Assembly: GCA_046595615.1 (NCBI GenBank)
Contig: JBKJOO010000147.1
Location: 1 to 59,866, forward strand
Length of the DNA stretch: 59,866 bases
DNA from: Mycobacteriales bacterium
GTDB lineage: Bacteria > Actinomycetota > Actinomycetes > Mycobacteriales > SCTD01
Reading direction: 5' to 3'
The notes beneath the pieces are model-generated. The model was not told the DNA's origin, made no database searches, and saw only the letters and a program-made list of their open reading frames with translations. Each line of letters starts with the position of its first letter. Position 1 is the first letter of the stretch. A program made the translations under genes and the position numbers. This document shows positions 34,050 through 41,689 of this stretch, one piece after another.

Positions 34050-34727
34050 GTGAGGACGAAGGTGACGCCAGGTAAAAAGCAGGAACGGCCACGGCTGACT
34101 CGCGAGCGGGTGCTGCAGAGCGCCGTGGCACTCGCCGACCAGTCCGGCATCGAGTCGTTGTCGATGCGCAAGCTCGGCGAGCAACTCGGTGTCGAGGCGA
34201 TGTCGCTCTACAACCACGTCACGAACAAGGACGACTTGATCGACGCGATGGTGGACCGGGTCTTCGCCGAGATCGATCTCGCCGCCGACGAGCGGAACTG
34301 GCGGGCGGCGATGCGCCGACGAGCCGTCTCGGTGCGCCAGGTCCTCAAGCGCCACCCGTGGGCGGTGCCTCTCATGCAGTCCCGCACCAATCCCGGCCCC
34401 AGCACGCTCGGGCACCTGAACGCGCTCATCGGCCTCCTGCGCGGCGCCGATTTCTCCGTCGTGTTGACCGCGCACGCCCTGTCGGCGGTCGACGCCTACG
34501 TCTACGGGTTCGCGATGCAGGAAAGGGCGCTCCCGTTCGACACCGAGGAGCGCAGCACCGAGGTCGTGGAGCACATCCTTGCGGCCATGCCGACCGACGA
34601 GTGGCCGCATCTGGTCGAGTTCTCGCGCGAACACGTACTGAAACCGGGCTACGACTACGGCCAGGAGTTCGAGTGGGGGCTGGACCTCGTGCTCGACGGG
34701 CTAGAACGGGTGCGGCGCGGACGATGA
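34050..34727 (+). CDS. TetR/AcrR family transcriptional regulator
   Basis: 225 aa. HTH LTRERVLQSAVALADQSGIESLSMRKLGEQLGVEAMSLYNHV with a TetR-type C-terminal domain. Confidence 0.9.
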   Translation: MRTKVTPGKKQERPRLTRERVLQSAVALADQSGIESLSMRKLGEQLGVEAMSLYNHVTNKDDLIDAMVDRVFAEIDLAADERNWRAAMRRRAVSVRQVLKRHPWAVPLMQSRTNPGPSTLGHLNALIGLLRGADFSVVLTAHALSAVDAYVYGFAMQERALPFDTEERSTEVVEHILAAMPTDEWPHLVEFSREHVLKPGYDYGQEFEWGLDLVLDGLERVRRGR

Positions 34728-34972
34728 AGTCCTTTCAGCGGCGCGTCCGCGTAACGCGTCGTGAGGCCGCATGTGGGAGGCGCCGTACGTCCATCGAACA
34801 AGTAGCCGCGGACAGGGTGATCAGCGACGCCCCGGAAGGCGAACCGCTCTTGGGCACTCACCGAATCGATGATGGCAGCCGTGATCTTGTCCGCTAGCCG
34901 ATCCACCCACGGACGAGGCTCGTCCTGTCAACACACCGTTGCGGACAACGGGGCAGGCGGAGGGAACCGCAG

Positions 34973-35229
34973 GTGCGCGTGCGGGTCATGGAGACTCGCA
35001 CGGTGTGCCTGACGGGAGCTTCGCTTGATGAGTTCTATGCCGCCACCTACGCCCGGCTGGTCGCGCGTTGACGGTCACGGCCGGGAGTCGCGTGGAGGCT
35101 GAGGAGGTTGTCCAGGAGGCCTTCGTGCGAGTCGTGCCGCGCTGGGGGAAGTTGTCCGGCTAGGAGGACCCTGAGCAGTGGGTCCGGTCCGTGGCGTGGC
35201 ACCGCCGGGCACCGAGGCGGCAGAGCTGA
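34973..35229 (+). pseudogene. ECF (sigma-70 region 2) sigma factor pseudogene
   Basis: LDEFYAATYARLVAR*, then a -1 frame change into LTVTAGSRVEAEEVVQEAFVRVVPRWGKLSG*EDPEQWVRSVAWHRR. There is one frameshift near 35068 and an in-frame TAG at 35161 where ECF sigmas normally have Tyr. Region 4 is not recoverable. Confidence 0.6.
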
Positions 35230-36103
35230 AGCAGGTTGACCTCGACGCTCAGCTCCTGGAACTGCTGGCCGGGAAGCCGCCGCTGTCCGGGTCCCCTCGA
35301 ACGGCGGGATCCGCCAGCGCAGCCGCCGACGGCGCCAACGGCACGTCGCGGCGGGTCCGGTGATGCTGGCGGTGCTGGCTGTCCCGGTTGCGCAGACACT
35401 GCCCCGTGGGGGTGGTCATTCCCGGCCGACCGGTCAGGTGGCGGTGCGGCCGTTCGCGACTGTCGATGCCTACCCGCAGCAGCGGGGCGGCCACCGGGAC
35501 CCGGCCGCGCTCAGGGCCAGTAGCGAGCCGGAAGTGCACCTGCATGCGGAGTCCGCCACCGTCATGCGGCACGGCCCTGACGGTCTGGTCCTAGACCTGC
35601 GGCTCGACAGGGTCGGTGCGGCTGACCCCCTTCAATAGCAACGTCCAAAGCGTCAACACGCGGCCGTACGTGGGCCAGCGGCGTCCTGAATGGGCTCGTG
35701 TCCTCACTCACCAGTGCGTCGACCTCCGCGGGCTCCAGGACCTGCGGCAGCGTCCTGGGGTGCGGATCAGTGGTACACCGATAGCGGCCAGACTGACGAC
35801 GAGTCGACCTGCTCACGGTCGCTGCATTCGTCGGTCTGCTGCTCCACCAGGCTGGCAGCAAAGGGCGGCGAGATCGTCTACACGTCTGTGCCTTTGAACG
35901 TCGTGAATTGGCCACCCCGAGCAGTCCGAGGTCGATGTGGCCGGTGCAGCTGGCGCCCGGCAGAACTGCTCGTCGTCGACGAAGAACGGCCCCTTGAAGT
36001 GCGGGCGGGTTTCGGCGGCCATCACTTGGGCGCCTGGCTGTGGGTGCTGATGAGCTGGAGTCGAGTGTCCCGTTACCCCTGTGATCACGGGTCGTTCCAG
36101 CCG

Positions 36104-39100
36104 TCAACCGCCGGACCGGATTAACCCGCGCTCCACGGCGTCGATCAGGTAGGGGCGCAGGTCCCGGGCCGCGATGATCCGATCGACCGAGCCGACGGCC
36201 AGGGCGCGCTGGATGTTGTGCACCTGGTCGAACTCGTCGGCGACCTCGCCCAGCTTCTCCGACCGCACCCGCGCAGTGGTCTCGGCCAGCCGCGCCCGCA
36301 ACCCATTGTCGCCGGCCGGGTGCGGCGTCCCGTTCAGCTCGTCCCGGAGGGCACTGGTTCGCGGATCGCGCTCGGTGCGGCGCTTGACATCGCGGGCGAA
36401 CACCGTCGCCGCCGCCGGCGCGCCGCCGATGACCGAGGCGAAAGAACCTTCCACCGCGGCTATCTCGAGCTGGTCGTTCAGCCGCTTGGAGAAGACCACG
36501 AAGGCGCCGCCGTGATAGCGGCCGATGACCACGAAGACAATTGGGCCGACGAAATTAGTGATAGCACGGCCGATCTCCGCTCCGTATTCGAGTTGGCGGC
36601 GGCGCATTGACTCAGGTGACCCGTCGAAGCCGGACAGGTTGGCCAGCACGACCACGGGTCGGTTGCCACTGGCGGCGTTGACGGCGCGGGCGAGCTTCCG
36701 CGCGGACTGCGGGAACAACGTTCCCGAGCTCCAGGTCGTCGGCCCATCGGCGGGTACAAAGCCGTTCCTGGGCAGCGTGTGTGACTCGACGCCCAGCAGG
36801 CATACGGGGATGCCGCCGAGGTGGGCGTCCCACACCACAGCCGTCTCCGCTTCGCGCCAATCGGCCCAGCGTTCGAGCGGGGGACGGTCCAGGTCGGAGA
36901 CGGCACGCATGACGGCGCGGATGTCAAACGGGTTCTTCCGCTCGCCGTTGCGTTCCGCGGAGAACACGTCACCGACCGCGGCGATCGTTCCACCCTGGCT
37001 GAGCGGGTGCACCGCGGAGCGCACGTCCCGGTCTCGCGGATCGGTGGTCACGGCGCGGCGGGGTGAGGCTTCGCCCGGTAGGACGTAGGTGTGAGCGTAG
37101 TGGGACAGCAGGATGTCGCAAGAACCTTCGAGGGTCGAGGCCCAGTACTGGCACTGGCCGTTCGGACCCATGATTCTGTCGAACCCGCCGATGCCGAAGT
37201 TGTCGTCGGCCGACACGCCGCCGGAGAAATCCAGCGCGTGCTTGCCGGTCAGCACCATCGTGCTGCGCGGAGTCATGACGAGAATGCCGCAGGTATGCAT
37301 CATCATGGTCGCTTCGGCGTTCCAGTAGGGTTGTGCTCCCACGTTGACGCCCGTGACCACAATGTTGATCTCGCCCCCGGCCTGGGTGAATTCGATGATC
37401 CGGCGCAGCACGGCGCCGATCCAGTCCATGTTCTCGGTGCCACTGTCCATGGCAATACGGGCACCGGACGACACGGCGAACCACTCCACCGGCAGGTGCA
37501 ACCGCTGCGCGAGGTCGAGCGCCGCGATGATGCGCCGGCATTCGGCTTCGGCGAGGTTGCCGAGCCCGCGGGTCGGGTCGCTGAGCAGGGCAACGCGGGT
37601 CATCCCGTCGGGGATTTCGACCGTCTCACTGGTCAGCAGGCCGACGACGACGTTGGCGGTGTTGAGCCCAGCCGCACGCTCTACGGGCGTCAGGATGCGC
37701 GAATCGTCCAGGTCGTACTCGACGAAGCGTCCGGGCGGGAAGCGGGCCAGCGTGCCCCGTGGTGGCGTGAGCATCCGGACGATCTCGTAGGGGTAGGGGG
37801 CACCGATCTGCTGCGCCCGCAGCACCTTCTGGCGATAGGGCGTCAGGGATCGCACCGGCGATTCCCCCACCTCGCCCTCGTGGACGGTGATTGCCGGCCC
37901 GCCGATCCCTTCGAAGTGCAGGACGGCGTGGCGGATGTCGCCGTCGGCCCGCGGGATGCGCACGCGCAGGTCCACCCGCTCCAGGTCGGCACCTGCCGCA
38001 AGCGGCGCCAGGGACCGCGCGATCGCGGGCCAATCCTGTTCCGGGACAGTCCACGGCGGCCGAACTTCGAACACGATCCGGTTGGCCACCGGGCGTTCGC
38101 TCGGTCCGTAGGCGGTGAGGGCCCGTCGCATGGCGGAGAGCGCGCGCAGCCCGAGCAATTCCAGTTGGGGAAGGGGGACGGCGTCCGTGTCACCGGTTGG
38201 GCCGGGCGGTGTGGTGAGGTCGCGCACTTCGGCCAGCGCGAACAGCCGGCGGTCGGCCGGGTTGTCGTGTGCCACGCCAAGAAAGACGTAGACGTCCTCG
38301 GTCGACGGGAGCCGGGTCAGCTCGAAGTTGGCCAGCCGCCACAACTCGAGCCGCTTCGCCAGCATTGGGTGCAGACCGCGATAGGTCCGCTCCTCGATGT
38401 ACGTGCCGTCCGGTGCCTGACGAAAGCTGACGTGTCGGGTCTCGAGCTGTTCGGCGGTCGACGGACGGATGCCGGTGACGGTGAGGTCGATCCGGTGCAG
38501 CCGGCGGCCGAATTCGCAACGCCGACCAAGGATCTCGCGCAGTTCTGCGACCAGCGCGTCCCCGTCGGCGCACTCGCCGTCGCACCAGGCGCTCACGTCG
38601 ACGACGACCTCGCGGTCCAGTCCGCCTAACTCGTCGTCGAGATGCGCTGACACCGCCTTGGCCAGCGACGGCAGCTCCAGCAGCGGGACGTACGCGACCA
38701 CCAGGTGGACGCTGCGTCCTTCGATGTCGTAGTCCGCCGAGCAGATCGGCTGGTCCAGCGACGGGGCGCAGGACAGTGATCGAAGGTCGCGGATCCGGTA
38801 GTAGCGACGAGCATGGACCTCCAGCAAGGTGTGCCGGGTGTCGTCGTCCTCCGCGGTGAGCCACCGTCGCAGCAACGTGCCGCGCAGCGGCTGAGGCGAC
38901 GCGACGAGCCGGTCCATCCGTGCCATCCGGGCTGCCGCCGGCTGGTGGACGTTCCTCGCGCGGTTCAGCGCGTCCAGGTGGGCGTTCGTGATAGCGGACT
39001 CGACGTCGGCGGCCGCCGTCAACAGCGGTTCGTCCAGGCAGCTGAACCGGACGTCGCGGGCGAGGTCGGCGATGTGCGGATAGCGGTCCGTGGTCGCGCC

Positions 39101-41689
39101 CGCGAGCCGGTCAAGGCGGGCGCGCAGTGACCCCCTGTCGGTGAGGACCGGCAGCGTGTCGCGTCGGCGCAGCCTGCGTTCGAGGATCTCGGTGACGAAT
39201 GGAGCGAGTTCGTCCATGCGGCTGAACGATCGGAACATCCAGACGACCGCCTGCTCCAGCGCCGCGGTGCGCGTCAGGTCGCGGATCCCGTAGCGGAGCA
39301 GCGCGCGTTCCAGTCTGATCCGGAAGGCGTCCGGCAGACCTGCGCGAACCGGATCGAGCCACTGCAAGTAGGACAACACGTACTCTTCCGTGTTGTCGGC
39401 ACTCAACGCATCCTCGGGCTCGGTCTCGGCACGCGGACGGTACAGAGAACCGACGTCTGCGAAGAGGTCGAGCAACGCGTCCTCGCGACCCGACAGTCCT
39501 GCGTCGTCCGGCGAGGCGGTGCGGTTCAGCTGCCGCTGGGCTACGGCCAGGTCGCGAACGGCCCGCGCGTCGAGGTCGTAACCGAGCAGGTAGCCGGTCA
39601 GGGCGGCGAACAACCACTCGCCGGTTGCCTGTTCGGGCTGGTCCTGCTCGACAAGGCCGCGGAAGTCGAGGGCGACGCCGCCGTCGAGGGGGCCTTCGCC
39701 CGGTCTGATCCGTAGCAACGGGTCACCGACGCCGACCTGGTCGTTGGGCGTGATCTCGACCGACACCACCTCGCCGTCGATCGGTGCGGCGATCGTGGCC
39801 TCCATCTTCATGCTCTCGACCACCATGAGCGGAGCGCCCGCGACGACCCGATTCCCCGGAACGACACGCACCGACACCACCAGCGCCGGCCAGGCCGCGC
39901 GCACCGTGTCGCCGTCGTCGCGGAAGACCTGGTGCGCGACGCCGTCGATTTCCACGCGCAGGGACGTGCCGTGTGCGGCGAAGACGACCCGGTGCCGGCA
40001 CCCGCCGACCTCGATCCGGCGTTCATGGTCGTCGGCCCAGTCGACGGTGACGCCGACGACATTGTCATCGACGTCGACGCGGTATTCGTGCGGGCCAGTG
40101 CGGAACACCTGCGTCCGGTACTGCGCGCCCCGGTAGCGGACGTGACAGTCATGGCCAACCTGGTCCGGTTGGGCCGGGCGTCCCCGCGCGGCGCCGGCGT
40201 GGAACGCCGCCCGGTCGATCGCCTCGTCGGCCGCGTACGACTCGACCGCTGCCTGGAGGACCGCGATCGGGTCCGGAGCGGGCAGGTGCCCCCCATCGGC
40301 GGTCAGCCGGTCCAACCACTGGTTGTCCGCGTGGCCGTCGACGATCTCGGGCCGGTTCAGCAGGGTCCGTAGGAACGACAGGTTGGTCGTGCCGCCGTCG
40401 ACCACCACGACGGTCTGCGCGAGTCCGCGTCGCAGCCGGGCCAGCGCCTCGGCACGGTCACTTCCCCAAGCAACGATCTTCGCGATCAGCGAATCAAATT
40501 CCGGAATCACCGCGTCGCCCAGGCGCATCCCAGTCTCTACCCGTATGCCGGGACCGGCGGGCGGGACGAACACCGCAAGTCGGCCGGGCGAAGGTGCGAA
40601 GCCGTCATCGGGGTCTTCGGCACAGATTCGCGCCTCGACGGCGTGCCCGCGCTCGGGCGGCGGCACACTGTCCAGGCTGCCCCCGCGCGCGACGCGCAAC
40701 TGGAGTTTCACGAGGTCGAGGCCGGTGGTCGTCTCAGTGACCGGATGCTCGACCTGCAGCCTGGTATTCATCTGCATGAACAGAAAGGCGCCGGTGCACG
40801 GGTCGACGAGGAACTCCACGGTGCCGGCGTTGCGGTATCCCAAGGCAGTCGCGAGTCGGACGGCGGCCGCGATGACGGCCTGCGCGACCAACGGGCCCAG
40901 ATGCGGCGACGACGACTCCTCGATGACTGTCTGGTGCCGGCGCTGGATCGAACAGTCCCGCAGGCCGGGAGCCCAGATCTGGCCGTGGTCGTCACCGATG
41001 ATCTGGACCTCGACGTGCCGTCCCGCGGGAACGAGTTTCTCCAGGAACACGGTCGGGTCGCCGAAGACGGCTCGTGCCTCGTCGCGGGCCGAGGTGAGCG
41101 GTGCAGCGAGGCCAGCCTCGTCGACGACAGCACGGGTGCAGCGCCCGCCGCGACCGGATGCGGCCTTCACCATCACCGGATAGCCGAGTTCTCGTGCAGC
41201 TGCCGTGGCTGAGGCGGCGTCCACCACGGCTTTGCCGCTCCAGGGGACGACGGGGACATGGGCTTTCTCCGCCACGAGTTTCGCCGCGATCTTGTTGCCC
41301 AGCAACCGGATGGTGGCGCTGTTCGGGCCGATAAACAGGATGCCGGCGTCCTCGCAGCGTTGCACGAAGGACCCACGTTCGCTGAGAAAACCCCAGCCGA
41401 CCCATACGGCGTCTGCGCCGGTGCGTCGCAAGGCGTCCATGACAACCGGCTCGTCCAAGTAAGGTGACGAAAGACGCCCGTCCGAGGGATCGACGTGCGA
41501 GGGCGGGCCGAGCGCGAACGCTTCGTCGGCAGCTCGCACGTACGACGCGTCGGCGTCACGGTCGGTGTACAGCACGATCGTGGTGATCTGCGGTGCGTCC
41601 CTGGCCTCGTTCAGTTCGGCGACCGCGATCAGCACCCGCATGGCCGGCTCGCCGCGGTTGACGATTGCCAACCGCCGGAGAGTTCTCAC
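36104..41689 (-). CDS. Single-chain multidomain biotin-dependent acyl-CoA carboxylase, eukaryote-type architecture (BC-BT-BCCP-central-CT)
   Basis: 1861 aa with a GTG start. BC has RLAIVNRGEPAMRV, NTRLQVEHPVTE and GHAVEARICAEDP. BCCP has VVESMKMEAT. CT has VSSGARIAMDSG and NLSGFDGSPESMRRRQLEYGAEI..YHGGAFVV. A segment of about 615 aa lies between BCCP and CT. Confidence 0.9.
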   Translation of the reverse strand: MRTLRRLAIVNRGEPAMRVLIAVAELNEARDAPQITTIVLYTDRDADASYVRAADEAFALGPPSHVDPSDGRLSSPYLDEPVVMDALRRTGADAVWVGWGFLSERGSFVQRCEDAGILFIGPNSATIRLLGNKIAAKLVAEKAHVPVVPWSGKAVVDAASATAAARELGYPVMVKAASGRGGRCTRAVVDEAGLAAPLTSARDEARAVFGDPTVFLEKLVPAGRHVEVQIIGDDHGQIWAPGLRDCSIQRRHQTVIEESSSPHLGPLVAQAVIAAAVRLATALGYRNAGTVEFLVDPCTGAFLFMQMNTRLQVEHPVTETTTGLDLVKLQLRVARGGSLDSVPPPERGHAVEARICAEDPDDGFAPSPGRLAVFVPPAGPGIRVETGMRLGDAVIPEFDSLIAKIVAWGSDRAEALARLRRGLAQTVVVVDGGTTNLSFLRTLLNRPEIVDGHADNQWLDRLTADGGHLPAPDPIAVLQAAVESYAADEAIDRAAFHAGAARGRPAQPDQVGHDCHVRYRGAQYRTQVFRTGPHEYRVDVDDNVVGVTVDWADDHERRIEVGGCRHRVVFAAHGTSLRVEIDGVAHQVFRDDGDTVRAAWPALVVSVRVVPGNRVVAGAPLMVVESMKMEATIAAPIDGEVVSVEITPNDQVGVGDPLLRIRPGEGPLDGGVALDFRGLVEQDQPEQATGEWLFAALTGYLLGYDLDARAVRDLAVAQRQLNRTASPDDAGLSGREDALLDLFADVGSLYRPRAETEPEDALSADNTEEYVLSYLQWLDPVRAGLPDAFRIRLERALLRYGIRDLTRTAALEQAVVWMFRSFSRMDELAPFVTEILERRLRRRDTLPVLTDRGSLRARLDRLAGATTDRYPHIADLARDVRFSCLDEPLLTAAADVESAITNAHLDALNRARNVHQPAAARMARMDRLVASPQPLRGTLLRRWLTAEDDDTRHTLLEVHARRYYRIRDLRSLSCAPSLDQPICSADYDIEGRSVHLVVAYVPLLELPSLAKAVSAHLDDELGGLDREVVVDVSAWCDGECADGDALVAELREILGRRCEFGRRLHRIDLTVTGIRPSTAEQLETRHVSFRQAPDGTYIEERTYRGLHPMLAKRLELWRLANFELTRLPSTEDVYVFLGVAHDNPADRRLFALAEVRDLTTPPGPTGDTDAVPLPQLELLGLRALSAMRRALTAYGPSERPVANRIVFEVRPPWTVPEQDWPAIARSLAPLAAGADLERVDLRVRIPRADGDIRHAVLHFEGIGGPAITVHEGEVGESPVRSLTPYRQKVLRAQQIGAPYPYEIVRMLTPPRGTLARFPPGRFVEYDLDDSRILTPVERAAGLNTANVVVGLLTSETVEIPDGMTRVALLSDPTRGLGNLAEAECRRIIAALDLAQRLHLPVEWFAVSSGARIAMDSGTENMDWIGAVLRRIIEFTQAGGEINIVVTGVNVGAQPYWNAEATMMMHTCGILVMTPRSTMVLTGKHALDFSGGVSADDNFGIGGFDRIMGPNGQCQYWASTLEGSCDILLSHYAHTYVLPGEASPRRAVTTDPRDRDVRSAVHPLSQGGTIAAVGDVFSAERNGERKNPFDIRAVMRAVSDLDRPPLERWADWREAETAVVWDAHLGGIPVCLLGVESHTLPRNGFVPADGPTTWSSGTLFPQSARKLARAVNAASGNRPVVVLANLSGFDGSPESMRRRQLEYGAEIGRAITNFVGPIVFVVIGRYHGGAFVVFSKRLNDQLEIAAVEGSFASVIGGAPAAATVFARDVKRRTERDPRTSALRDELNGTPHPAGDNGLRARLAETTARVRSEKLGEVADEFDQVHNIQRALAVGSVDRIIAARDLRPYLIDAVERGLIRSGG
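36107..37837 (-). other. Carboxylase domain: carboxyltransferase (N+C subdomains), residues ~1285-1861
   Basis: Starts at YRQKVLRAQQIGAPYPYEIVRML and continues with SSGARIAMD and GFDGSPESMRRRQLEYGAEIGRAI. Confidence 0.8.
37838..39682 (-). other. Carboxylase domain: non-catalytic central region, residues ~670-1284
   Basis: No motif recognised. Its position between BCCP and CT mirrors the eukaryotic ACC central domain. Confidence 0.5.
39704..39907 (-). other. Carboxylase domain: biotinyl carrier (BCCP), residues ~595-662
   Basis: AGAPLMVVESMKMEATIAAPIDGEVVSVEI. The putative biotinyl-Lys628 codon is at 39806-39808. Confidence 0.8.
40310..41689 (-). other. Carboxylase domain: biotin carboxylase (ATP-grasp), residues ~1-460
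   Basis: See the parent CDS. Non-canonical residues: Gly-loop KAASGRGGRCTR (41132-41167), Thr254 (40928-40930) and Gln306 (40772-40774). Confidence 0.8.

Noticed and set aside
34655-34906. 83-aa minus-strand ORF overlapping the TetR 3' end (VDRLADKITAAIIDSVSAQERF..).
   Set aside because: It has no recognisable domain, overlaps a well-supported gene and lies in the decayed junction. It may be a fragment, but that is unsupported.
35562-36124. ORFs 35562..36107 (-, 181 aa), 35813..36088 (-, 91 aa) and 35690..36124 (+, 144 aa) next to the carboxylase 3' end.
   Set aside because: They are mutually overlapping with no coherent family. Only a 16-aa recombinase-like phrase is present. I treated them as decayed junction sequence rather than genes.
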